Source: Gemmatimonadales bacterium
GTDB taxonomy: Bacteria > Gemmatimonadota > Gemmatimonadetes > Gemmatimonadales > GWC2-71-9
Length of the DNA stretch: 64,000 nt
Direction of reading: 5' to 3'
NCBI GenBank assembly: GCA_019637315.1
Contig: JAHBVU010000019.1
Coordinates: 1,371 to 65,370, forward strand
Part shown: positions 56,301-64,000 of the stretch, in pieces
Layout: each line of letters begins with the position of its first letter
Position numbering within the stretch: position 1 is the first letter of the stretch
Translations under genes and position numbers: made by a program
Notes under the pieces: generated by a model
What the model was told of the DNA's origin: nothing
Database searches by the model: none
The model's input: the letters and a program-made list of their open reading frames with translations, nothing else

Positions 56301-58024
56301 AACCCGCCGCCGCCGCCACCCCCGCCGCCGCCGCCGGAGGATCCACCACTGAACCCGGAGCCGCTCGAACTCCGGGGCGACGAACTCATCGTCGACGCCG
56401 CCTGGCTGGACATGGCGCTGAGCCGGCTCGAAAAGGCGGCGGCGTCGAAGGTGGTGAACGAGCGACCGGTGTACCAGGTGGGCGGTTCGCGGTAGATGTC
56501 ACGGAACGCCTTGGCCCACTGCTTCTCGACGCCAAACGCCATAGCGTACGGCAGGCACCGCTCGAACAATTCGGGCGTCCTGCCGACCCGGTCCAGTCGA
56601 TCGCTTTCCACCCGTTCCAGAAACTCCTCGAACCCGAGCACCCGTTCGAGGGCGCGCGCTCCGGCCACCGTGCGCGCCGGCATCACCATTCCGAACCCCA
56701 CGATGATGATCCCGGAGATGGCGCCCGCAATGAGGAATGGCACCGGGGTCAGGTCGAAGGCGGCCGAAATCATGGAGCCGACGATGGCAAGCAGCCCGCC
56801 GACAATGACACCGACACCGATCCAGAGCGCCTGCACCGAGTCCGGACGACGCTGGTAGTACTTCTTCCGAACCAGCTCGGTGTAGACCGACTGCCGGATG
56901 CCCGGGAGGCTCGAATAGAACTTGTTCTGCAGTGACGAGAGGGCCACCGAGGATTCGCCGCCGCCAAAGATACCGCTCAGCACCCGCGACTCATGAGGAC
57001 GCAATCCAGGGCGGTCGCCCTCGGTGCGGAGCCGATGGAACACGAAATCATCGCGCTCGAACAGGCCAAAGACCTTGGACTCCTTCCGCTCTTCGATTCT
57101 GAGATGGCCGTTGACCGCGAGATCGACCATCGTCGCGGTGATGTCGCGCATGTCGACCCGGTTGTCGATCAGGGTACCCGCCTCAGCGGGCGAAAGCCCC
57201 TCCGGCGCCGTGTACTGCACGGAAACCGGAAGCTTGGCGGGGTCACGCCCGCGTGCCCGCCAGGTGAGCAACATGGCGATGAAGATCGGAATCGGAATCA
57301 GCAGGGGCCAGTTGGCCGCCAGGAAGGCGAGCGCTCGATCGGTTCCGGTCGGCTCTGGCACGAGGCCCTTGTCCCAGCCGACCACCGCCGTCAGCCCTTC
57401 CCGAAATCCCAGCGCGGTGGGCATCGTAACCCGGATCTGATTCGCCCGCGTTTCCACGACGGCGTCGCGCCCGGTCGCGCCGTAGACGCCATTGAAGGCG
57501 GTGGCGCGAATCCCGCTCGCTCCGTGCGGCAGGGTGATCCGGGCCGAGGCGGCCTCGATCGGTACATCCCATTCGTCGCCGGTGATGTTCCAGTAGAGTT
57601 CGTCGTGCTCGTCGAAGAACCTGAGGCCGCCGTGAACGAGGTACTTGATGACTACGGTGCGGGTGGCGTCCTCGGCGTTAGGCACCCAGATCTTGAACTT
57701 GCGGTAGTGACGTTCCCGGCTCGATTCGTACGAGAGCGGCTCGCCGTCCTGGTTGGTGATCGACTGGAGGTCGAGGCGAATTCGCCAGTTGAAGCCGGAC
57801 GGCGTCCGGTACTCGACCGGGATCGAACGGTAGATGCCGTTCCAGACCCCGGTAAAGCGGGCCGCGATGGTCTCCGTGATTTCGAGTTCGCCGGTCGGGC
57901 GGACCGTGATGGCGGCGTCGAAGCGGGCCAGGACGAGCGAGCGCTGCTGTGCCGTGACCGGACTCGAGGCCGCAATCGAGCCGCCAAGCGTGGCAGCCAG
58001 CGCCAGCAACAGTCGAACGATCAT
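56297..58024 (-). CDS. DUF2207 domain-containing membrane protein with a poly-Gly C-terminal tail
   Basis: 575 aa. N-terminal FDAAITVRPTGELEITETIAARFTGVWNGIYRSIP. The tail ends in ...GGSSGG followed by a run of about 10 Gly and a final Phe. Confidence 0.8.
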   Translation of the reverse strand: MIVRLLLALAATLGGSIAASSPVTAQQRSLVLARFDAAITVRPTGELEITETIAARFTGVWNGIYRSIPVEYRTPSGFNWRIRLDLQSITNQDGEPLSYESSRERHYRKFKIWVPNAEDATRTVVIKYLVHGGLRFFDEHDELYWNITGDEWDVPIEAASARITLPHGASGIRATAFNGVYGATGRDAVVETRANQIRVTMPTALGFREGLTAVVGWDKGLVPEPTGTDRALAFLAANWPLLIPIPIFIAMLLTWRARGRDPAKLPVSVQYTAPEGLSPAEAGTLIDNRVDMRDITATMVDLAVNGHLRIEERKESKVFGLFERDDFVFHRLRTEGDRPGLRPHESRVLSGIFGGGESSVALSSLQNKFYSSLPGIRQSVYTELVRKKYYQRRPDSVQALWIGVGVIVGGLLAIVGSMISAAFDLTPVPFLIAGAISGIIIVGFGMVMPARTVAGARALERVLGFEEFLERVESDRLDRVGRTPELFERCLPYAMAFGVEKQWAKAFRDIYREPPTWYTGRSFTTFDAAAFSSRLSAMSSQAASTMSSSPRSSSGSGFSGGSSGGGGGGGGGGGF

Positions 58025-58575
58025 GGGTCGAGCGCGATCCGCGGAGCCGCGCCCTCCGCCGGCGTGTCGAGGCCGAAGAACTCGCGAGGCTGGATACGGA
58101 ACACTCCTGCAATCAGGTTGCTGGGAAACTGAGCGACGCTGGTATTGAGATCACGAACCACGGCGTTGTAGTACCGCCGGGCCTGCTGAACCTGCTCCTC
58201 GATTTCCGTCAGGCTGCGCTGCAAAGCCAGAAAGCTCTCGCCGGCTTTGAGGTCGGGATACGCCTCAGCCAGCGCGAGGATGCGCTTGACCGCGCCGGCA
58301 ATGTCGGCCTCGGCCGGGGCCATCGAGGCCGGGCCCGATGCGGCCAGCGCTCGGTTCCGGGCCGAGACGACGGCGTCGAGGGTGCTCTGCTCGTAGCCAG
58401 CGTGCCCCTGCACGGTCGCGACGAGGCTCGGAATCAGGTCGTGTCGGCGTTTGAGCTGGACATCGATGTCCGACCAGGCGTTGTCCGCCAGCAGGCGCAA
58501 CCTGGTCAGGCCGTTGAAGCCGACCACCACATACACGCCCACGACGACCAGCGTGGCAAGCAGCGCAAGCCCCAA
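58021..58575 (-). CDS. lemA: LemA family protein
   Basis: 184 aa. TTG start with GGAGAGG SD. Motif YYNAVVRDLNTSVAQFPSNLIAGVF. Its stop overlaps the DUF2207 start (ATGA). Confidence 0.9.
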   Translation of the reverse strand: MGLALLATLVVVGVYVVVGFNGLTRLRLLADNAWSDIDVQLKRRHDLIPSLVATVQGHAGYEQSTLDAVVSARNRALAASGPASMAPAEADIAGAVKRILALAEAYPDLKAGESFLALQRSLTEIEEQVQQARRYYNAVVRDLNTSVAQFPSNLIAGVFRIQPREFFGLDTPAEGAAPRIALDP

Positions 58576-58772
58576 GGGACCTCTCCGGTGGAGGTTGGGT
58601 CAGATCCGCACCCTGGAAGTCTCCTGCCGTCGTGTCGCGATTGCAAGTGAGTCGCTCGGTCCGGCGGTCGAGCTTGCAGTCCAGAAGGGGCGGCCGCGCG
58701 ACTATGCTTAACGGAGGCTTGCGGTCCGCAATCGACCCGCCCACCGGGCGGATCCCAACCCAGGCAGGTGAT

Positions 58773-60332
58773 ATGAAGACTGTTCGCGCTCCCGTGTGGT
58801 TTGCACTTGCGCTCGCCCTGGCTCCGGGCGCCGCTGCTCAGACCTTTCCGACCGACGATCCGGTAATCCGCCGAATCTGGGCGGAGGGAATGACGGAACG
58901 CTCCCAGGTCGAGCGCCTGGCGCAGGTGCTGCTCGATTCGATCGGGCCCCGTCTTTCGGGGTCGCCGTCGTTCCTGGCGTCGGTCGACTGGGTGGCATCG
59001 GTGTATCGGCAGTGGGGTATCACGGCGCGGAAGGAGCAGTACGGCACCTGGCAGGGGTGGCGGCGCGGTCACACCCACGTCGATCTGATTGCGCCGCGTC
59101 AGCGCACCCTCGAGGCCACCATGCTGGCCTGGAGCCCCGGCACGACGCGACCGGTCGAAGGGGAGGTCGTGCTGCTGCCGGATGTGCGCGATGCAGAGGC
59201 GTTTGCGGCCTGGCTGCCCAGCGTGCGCGGCAAGTTCGTGCTCTGGTCGCCGGCTGAGTTGACCTGCCGGCCGGATGAGAACTGGGAGCGCCTGGCGCGA
59301 CCGGAGACGGTGGCGAGGATGAAGGCGGCTCGCGAGGCCAACCGGCGGGCCTGGAGCGATCGGATGCGCCGGCTGGGGAGTGGGGCTGGCGCAGCGATCG
59401 AGCAGGCCGGCGCCGCGGGATTGCTGACCACGCTGTGGTCCGCCGGGTGGGGGGTCAACAAGGTCTTCAATGCGCCCACGCGCCAGATTCCGGCGCTGGA
59501 TCTCAGCTGCGAAGACTATGGTTTGCTCTTCCGGCTGGCGCAGAACAACCAGGGTCCGCGACTCCGGCTCGATGCGCGCTCGGAATCGCTCGGTGAGCAG
59601 CCGATGTTCAATCTGATCGGCGAGATCAAGGGCAGCGAGAAGCCCGACGAGTACGTCCTGCTGTCGGCGCACCTCGACTCGTGGGATGGCGCCTCCGGAG
59701 CTACCGACAACGGTACCGGCACCGTGATGATGATGGAAGCAATGCGCCTGCTCAAGGCGGCCTACCCGACCCCGAAACGGACCATTCTGGTGGGGCACTG
59801 GGGCGGGGAGGAGCAGGGGCTGATCGGGTCCCGCGCGTTTGCCGAGGACAATCCCAAGGTGGTCAGCGGGATGCAGGCGTCGTTCAACCAGGACAATGGC
59901 ACCTGGCGGATCGATTACATCCGAATGATGGGGCTGACCGGGGCGGGAGCCCACTTCGGCCGCTGGCTCAGTCAGATTCCGCCAGAAATCGAGAGTCTGA
60001 TTGACCTCGACCTGCCGGGTGAGCCCGAGCGGGGCGGGAGCGACCATATGTCCTTTCTGTGCGAAGGGGCACCCGCCTTCCGGCTCCAGTCGAACTATCC
60101 GGACTATCGGCAGTACACCTGGCATACCAACCGGGACACCTACGACAAGATCGTGTTCGACGACCTGCGCAACAACGCCACCCTGGCGGCGATGCTTGCG
60201 TACCTGGCCTCGGAAGACCCTGAGCGGGTGCCTCGCGACCGGCGGGTGATGCCGCCGGGCCCGGATGGCCGGCCGCAGCCGTGGCCCGCCTGTGGCCAGG
60301 CGCGCCGGAGCTTCGGCGGAGGGTCGCGCTGA
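58773..60332 (+). CDS. M28 family metallopeptidase, secreted
   Basis: Start at MKTVRAPVWFALALALAPGAAAQ. Motifs SAHLDSWDGASGATDNGTG, WGGEEQGLIGS and GGSDHMSF. Confidence 0.85.
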   Translation: MKTVRAPVWFALALALAPGAAAQTFPTDDPVIRRIWAEGMTERSQVERLAQVLLDSIGPRLSGSPSFLASVDWVASVYRQWGITARKEQYGTWQGWRRGHTHVDLIAPRQRTLEATMLAWSPGTTRPVEGEVVLLPDVRDAEAFAAWLPSVRGKFVLWSPAELTCRPDENWERLARPETVARMKAAREANRRAWSDRMRRLGSGAGAAIEQAGAAGLLTTLWSAGWGVNKVFNAPTRQIPALDLSCEDYGLLFRLAQNNQGPRLRLDARSESLGEQPMFNLIGEIKGSEKPDEYVLLSAHLDSWDGASGATDNGTGTVMMMEAMRLLKAAYPTPKRTILVGHWGGEEQGLIGSRAFAEDNPKVVSGMQASFNQDNGTWRIDYIRMMGLTGAGAHFGRWLSQIPPEIESLIDLDLPGEPERGGSDHMSFLCEGAPAFRLQSNYPDYRQYTWHTNRDTYDKIVFDDLRNNATLAAMLAYLASEDPERVPRDRRVMPPGPDGRPQPWPACGQARRSFGGGSR

Positions 60333-61348
60333 CCTGCCGCGTTGCGGCTCTGGCGGCCACGCTCCTGTGGCTGGCCGGATGCGGCGCCCGCACCAGCGGA
60401 CGTCCTGCTCCGCTCGGCGACCCGTGCGTCTTCGAGGCAGATGCGGGGCGCACCTGGCTCGACACGGTTCGCGTCGTTCTGGCCGAGCCTCCACTCGCCG
60501 ACGGTGACAGCAGCGCCGGCGATCGCTTCGTAGCGCGCCTCCTTGCGGACGGGGTCGAGGATGCCGATTGTCGGGGGAGGTATCGACCGGAGGCCAGGCA
60601 AGCCCTGTATCGGATGGCAACCGAAGGCGGTGCGGCGGTTGCTCGGTTGGTGCGAAACAGCGGTGGTGCTGGTCCGTCGGTCATTGTCGTGCAGCGGGCC
60701 GTTCCCGATCAGGATCTCCGTGACCTGCTTGACCGGGGTGCTGACCTGATGTTCGCCCTCGATGCGCGTGCCGCCGGGTATGCCGATGCCCATCCAGAGT
60801 GGGCGCTGCTGCCGACCGGCCCCCGCCGCCAGTACTACCTCGTCACGATCGATGGCGACCGTGTCGATGAACCGTCGGCTGCTGACCGAACCGACCTGGC
60901 CGTGCGCGCAGTGCGTGGACGGGCTACGCCCCTCGCTGCGGAGCCGTCCGACAGCGTCTGCAATCGAGTCCGTGCCGAGGGAGGGCGTCGGCGTCCGGTC
61001 GTTGCGTATCTGGCCCAGGACGAGGTGGCCCGGCAACTGGCCGAGCGCGTCGCCTCGCTCGCGGTTGGCGAATCCCGACCACCGTGGGTCGCCGAGCTGG
61101 GGCAGGGCGCCCGGGCGGAACCGGTGGCGTCGATAGCTGAGCTGAGGCGAATCATGGCGCGCGGCGAGGCCGCAGCGGTCGTCGCGGCTGGGCAGTCAGC
61201 GGCCAGGGTGGGCTGCGTGACGCCGTTGGACGCTCGGGTTGCCGCGCTCGTGACCGCCAGCGGCGCTGTGATCGTCCGGCGGGGTGTGCCGCCGCTGCGG
61301 TGGGCGCCGGGGCGGGTGGTCGGGTTCGCATCGACGAGCGTGCCGTGA
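60281..61348 (+). CDS. Hypothetical lipoprotein
   Basis: GTG start. Signal/lipobox ...AATLLWLAGCG. Overlaps the M28 gene end by 52 nt, and its stop overlaps the kinase start (GTGA). I recognised no motif. Confidence 0.5.
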   Translation: MARLWPGAPELRRRVALTCRVAALAATLLWLAGCGARTSGRPAPLGDPCVFEADAGRTWLDTVRVVLAEPPLADGDSSAGDRFVARLLADGVEDADCRGRYRPEARQALYRMATEGGAAVARLVRNSGGAGPSVIVVQRAVPDQDLRDLLDRGADLMFALDARAAGYADAHPEWALLPTGPRRQYYLVTIDGDRVDEPSAADRTDLAVRAVRGRATPLAAEPSDSVCNRVRAEGGRRRPVVAYLAQDEVARQLAERVASLAVGESRPPWVAELGQGARAEPVASIAELRRIMARGEAAAVVAAGQSAARVGCVTPLDARVAALVTASGAVIVRRGVPPLRWAPGRVVGFASTSVP

Positions 61349-62976
61349 CCTTTCGGACCCGGATCGTCCTCGCGTTTGCGGCTGTCGCGGTGCTGCCCGT
61401 GGCGCTGTTCGGCTGGCGGGTCCGCGCGGAGATGCAAGCTCGGCTGGAAGAGGAGGGGAGCAGGCGGGTTGGTGCGCTGGTGTCGACGATCGAGTCTGAA
61501 CTGCGATCGGAACGCAGTCGGGTGCGGGCCAGGCTGGGTCAGCTTGGCAGCGACCTCGCGGTCGACAATCGTTTCCGCCTGGTCCGGCAGGGCGGCGGCG
61601 AGTCGAATTGGCTGCTCGACTGGGCCGGCGAGGCAATGCGGGCGGCCGGTCTCGCTGCCCTGACGCTCCATGACAGCGCGGGACGGGTTCTGAGTTCCGG
61701 CCAGTATCGCAACGATTACGGTCGCTCGGCACCGCTGCTGCTGCGAGCGCTCGAGGGCCGCGGTGACAGTCTGTCGCTGGCTCGGGTTCGGACGGCCGAG
61801 GGACAGCGGAGTGTGCTGGCCGCGATCGACTCGTTCGCACTGCTTGGGCAGCGGTACTACCTGGTTGGCGGCGCGCCGCTCGATTCGTCGACGATTGCCG
61901 GATTCGGCGCGGATCCGGAAGTGCGCGCTGTGCTGGTCGGCAAGGCGCCGCTGCCGGAGACCGTCGCAGCGCGGATCCCGGTGATCGTGGTCGACGAGGT
62001 TGCCGGGGAATCGGCGGCCGGGGTGGTGGCCATTGTGCGGGACCCGGGGCCTGCCCGTGACCTGACCCGCCGGGTCGACCGTTGGTTCGTATTGGTACTC
62101 GGCGTGACTCTGCTCGGTGCGATCGGCATTGCGGTGGGTGTCGCCAATGCGCTGGCCCGTCCGATTACCGAGCTGGCGGACAAGACCGGCCGGATCGATC
62201 TCGATCGCCTGGACGTCGCGTTCGAGACCGATCGGACCGACGAGATCGGGGGATTGAGCCGTCTTCTCGCGGCCATGACGACTCGGCTCAAGCTCGGTGC
62301 CGCACGCTTGCGAGAGTCGGAACGTCGCGCCGCCGTCGGCGATCTGGCGCGACAGGTGACCCATGACATCAAGAACGGCCTGGCACCGATCCGCCACGCG
62401 GTTCGCCATTTCGGCCAGACCGTCGACCAGGCGCCTGATCAGCTGGTCGATGTCTATCGGGCCCGTCGCGGGACCATGGAGTCGAGCGTAGCGTACCTCG
62501 ATGACCTGGCGCGGAATTATGCCAGGCTATCGCCGGCGTCTGGCCCCGCAATGGCGGAGGCCAATCGCCTCGTTGACGAGTTGGCCCGGGGAGCGGCCCG
62601 AGACGGAGTGGTGATTCGGACCGAACTGATGACACCCGAGCCGCTGCTTCGGGCCGATCCAGTTCCGGTCAGGCGGATCCTCGAGAACCTGCTTGCCAAT
62701 GCGGTCGATGCCGCATCGCCAGCCGGGCAGGTCGTGCTGCGGGTGCGGCCCGGGGCGCCGGGCCAGGTCGTGATCGAGGTGGCAGACACCGGGGCGGGAA
62801 TGACCCGCGAGCAGCTCGATCGCGCCTTCGATGACTTCTTTACCACCAAGCCCCAAGGCACCGGACTCGGCTTGTCCGTGGTTCGCCGCCTGGTGAGCGA
62901 TCTGGGCGGATCGCTGGCTGTCGAGACGGCCGTTGGGCAGGGGACCACATTTCGGGTGGAGTTACCAACGGCATGA
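61345..62976 (+). CDS. Sensor histidine kinase (2 TM + periplasmic domain, HAMP, HisKA, HATPase_c)
   Basis: H box [13 protein letters not shown] box LLANAVDA, G boxes DTGAGM and GTGLGLSV. Confidence 0.8.
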   Translation: MTFRTRIVLAFAAVAVLPVALFGWRVRAEMQARLEEEGSRRVGALVSTIESELRSERSRVRARLGQLGSDLAVDNRFRLVRQGGGESNWLLDWAGEAMRAAGLAALTLHDSAGRVLSSGQYRNDYGRSAPLLLRALEGRGDSLSLARVRTAEGQRSVLAAIDSFALLGQRYYLVGGAPLDSSTIAGFGADPEVRAVLVGKAPLPETVAARIPVIVVDEVAGESAAGVVAIVRDPGPARDLTRRVDRWFVLVLGVTLLGAIGIAVGVANALARPITELADKTGRIDLDRLDVAFETDRTDEIGGLSRLLAAMTTRLKLGAARLRESERRAAVGDLARQVTHDIKNGLAPIRHAVRHFGQTVDQAPDQLVDVYRARRGTMESSVAYLDDLARNYARLSPASGPAMAEANRLVDELARGAARDGVVIRTELMTPEPLLRADPVPVRRILENLLANAVDAASPAGQVVLRVRPGAPGQVVIEVADTGAGMTREQLDRAFDDFFTTKPQGTGLGLSVVRRLVSDLGGSLAVETAVGQGTTFRVELPTA

Positions 62977-64000
62977 GTCGCCTGCTGATCGTCGATGACG
63001 TCCCGGCCCTGGCCGAGTCCTACGCGTATGACCTGCGTCGGCTGGCTGGGCATCAGGTCGAGACGGTCACCAACGGGCCCGCGGCTCTCGCGGCGCTCGA
63101 AAGTGGCGGAGTCGATTGCGTCCTCCTCGATCTCGAGATGCCCGGCATCGATGGCTTCGAGGTCCTGCGTGAGCTGGCGCACCGGGGCAACGAGACCCCG
63201 GTCATCGTCTACACCGGCACCGGGGACTTCGACCGCTGCATTCAGGCGGTCAGGCTCGGTGCGGTCGGATTCATCGACAAGGCCGAACCGATGGAGCGGG
63301 TGGTCCTGGAAGTGGCGGACGCCATCGAGCGGGCTCGGCTGCGTCGGGAGGTGGTTGCGCTGCAGGCGCAGCTCGGTGAGTCGTCGCTGCGCGGGCGAAG
63401 CGCCGCGATGCAGGCCTTGCGTGACGCCATCGGTCGCACCGCACCGGTGCCGAGCACGGTGCTGATCCTGGGCGAAAGCGGGACCGGCAAGGAACTGGTG
63501 GCGCGTGAGATTCACCGGTTGAGCCCGCGGGCGCTCGGACCGTTCGTGCCGATCAACTGTGCTGCGCTGCCGGAGCATCTGATCGAGAGCGAACTGTTCG
63601 GTCACGAGAAGGGTGCGTTTACCGGCGCCGTGGCGGCTCGACGCGGCGCCTTTCAGATGGCCGGTGGTGGCACCCTCTTTCTCGATGAGATCGGTGAGTT
63701 GCCGCTGCCGGGTCAGGCCAAGCTGCTCCGGGTGCTCGAGCAGCGCGAAGTCATGCCGCTGGGGGCCTCACGCACCATCCCGGTCGATATCCGTATCGTC
63801 GCGGCAACCCATCGGGATCTCGATGCGGCCACCCGGAGCGGAGCCTTTCGCGACGACCTGCTGTACCGGCTCAATGTCCATACCTTGCAGGTTCCGCCGC
63901 TTCGCGAGCGGAAGGAAGACATCGTGTCGCTTGCCGAGCAGTTTGTCGAGGAAGTCTGCCTTCGTTTCGGTCTGCTGCCGAAGCGCTTGTCGGGCGAGGT
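62973..64000 (+). CDS. Sigma54-dependent response regulator (NtrC family), 3' end outside the window
   Basis: Its ATG overlaps the kinase stop (ATGA). REC domain (LLIVDD...[14 protein letters not shown]) followed by AAA+ motifs GESGTGKE and [15 protein letters not shown]. The frame is open to the window end, so it is not in the ORF track. Confidence 0.9.
   Translation, partial: MSRLLIVDDVPALAESYAYDLRRLAGHQVETVTNGPAALAALESGGVDCVLLDLEMPGIDGFEVLRELAHRGNETPVIVYTGTGDFDRCIQAVRLGAVGFIDKAEPMERVVLEVADAIERARLRREVVALQAQLGESSLRGRSAAMQALRDAIGRTAPVPSTVLILGESGTGKELVAREIHRLSPRALGPFVPINCAALPEHLIESELFGHEKGAFTGAVAARRGAFQMAGGGTLFLDEIGELPLPGQAKLLRVLEQREVMPLGASRTIPVDIRIVAATHRDLDAATRSGAFRDDLLYRLNVHTLQVPPLRERKEDIVSLAEQFVEEVCLRFGLLPKRLSGE

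Noticed and set aside
58506-60620. 704-aa minus-strand ORF antisense to the M28 peptidase gene
   Set aside because: The translation is of the same shadow-ORF character. The plus strand carries clear M28 metal-binding motifs.

Overview
High-GC bacterial chromosomal window with very high third-position GC, densely coding on both strands. I call about 55 protein genes and one tRNA (tRNA-Cys). I see no rRNA, CRISPR array, transposase, integrase or phage genes. Much of the content is secreted or lipoprotein hydrolases: gamma-glutamyltransferase, S15/CocE, S10 and M28 peptidases, an amidase, four beta-lactamase-fold serine hydrolases and a patatin-Omp85 fusion. The rest is ordinary metabolism (ABC-F ATPase, glutamate dehydrogenase, OYE, nitroreductase, aldo/keto reductase) and regulators (TetR, Crp/Fnr, histidine kinase plus sigma54-type response regulator). 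The repertoire resembles a Gemmatimonadota- or Acidobacteriota-like soil bacterium, but I could not test that. The most interesting signal is non-coding. Two short upstream ORFs carry runs of the rare cysteine codon TGT. The first (31443-31514, ...ACCC...) is followed by an intrinsic terminator and a candidate antiterminator. It precedes a DsbD-N-like/TlpA-like thiol-disulfide oxidoreductase operon that ends with the tRNA-Cys gene. The second (49264-49359, ...DCCCCR) appears leaderless and precedes an ATP-grasp / flavin monooxygenase / OYE cluster. Together they look like cysteine-sensing leader-peptide attenuators. Other notable items are a perfect TGTGA-N6-TCACA box in front of a cupin plus two mini heme-copper-oxidase-helix-like membrane proteins, with Crp/Fnr and DUF2249 divergent; a perfect 16-bp operator at a TetR promoter; a lipoprotein with 18 consecutive prolines; and a recurrent leaderless-start signature. 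All function calls come from motif recognition by eye. Coordinates of small hand-mapped elements may be off by 1-2 nt.
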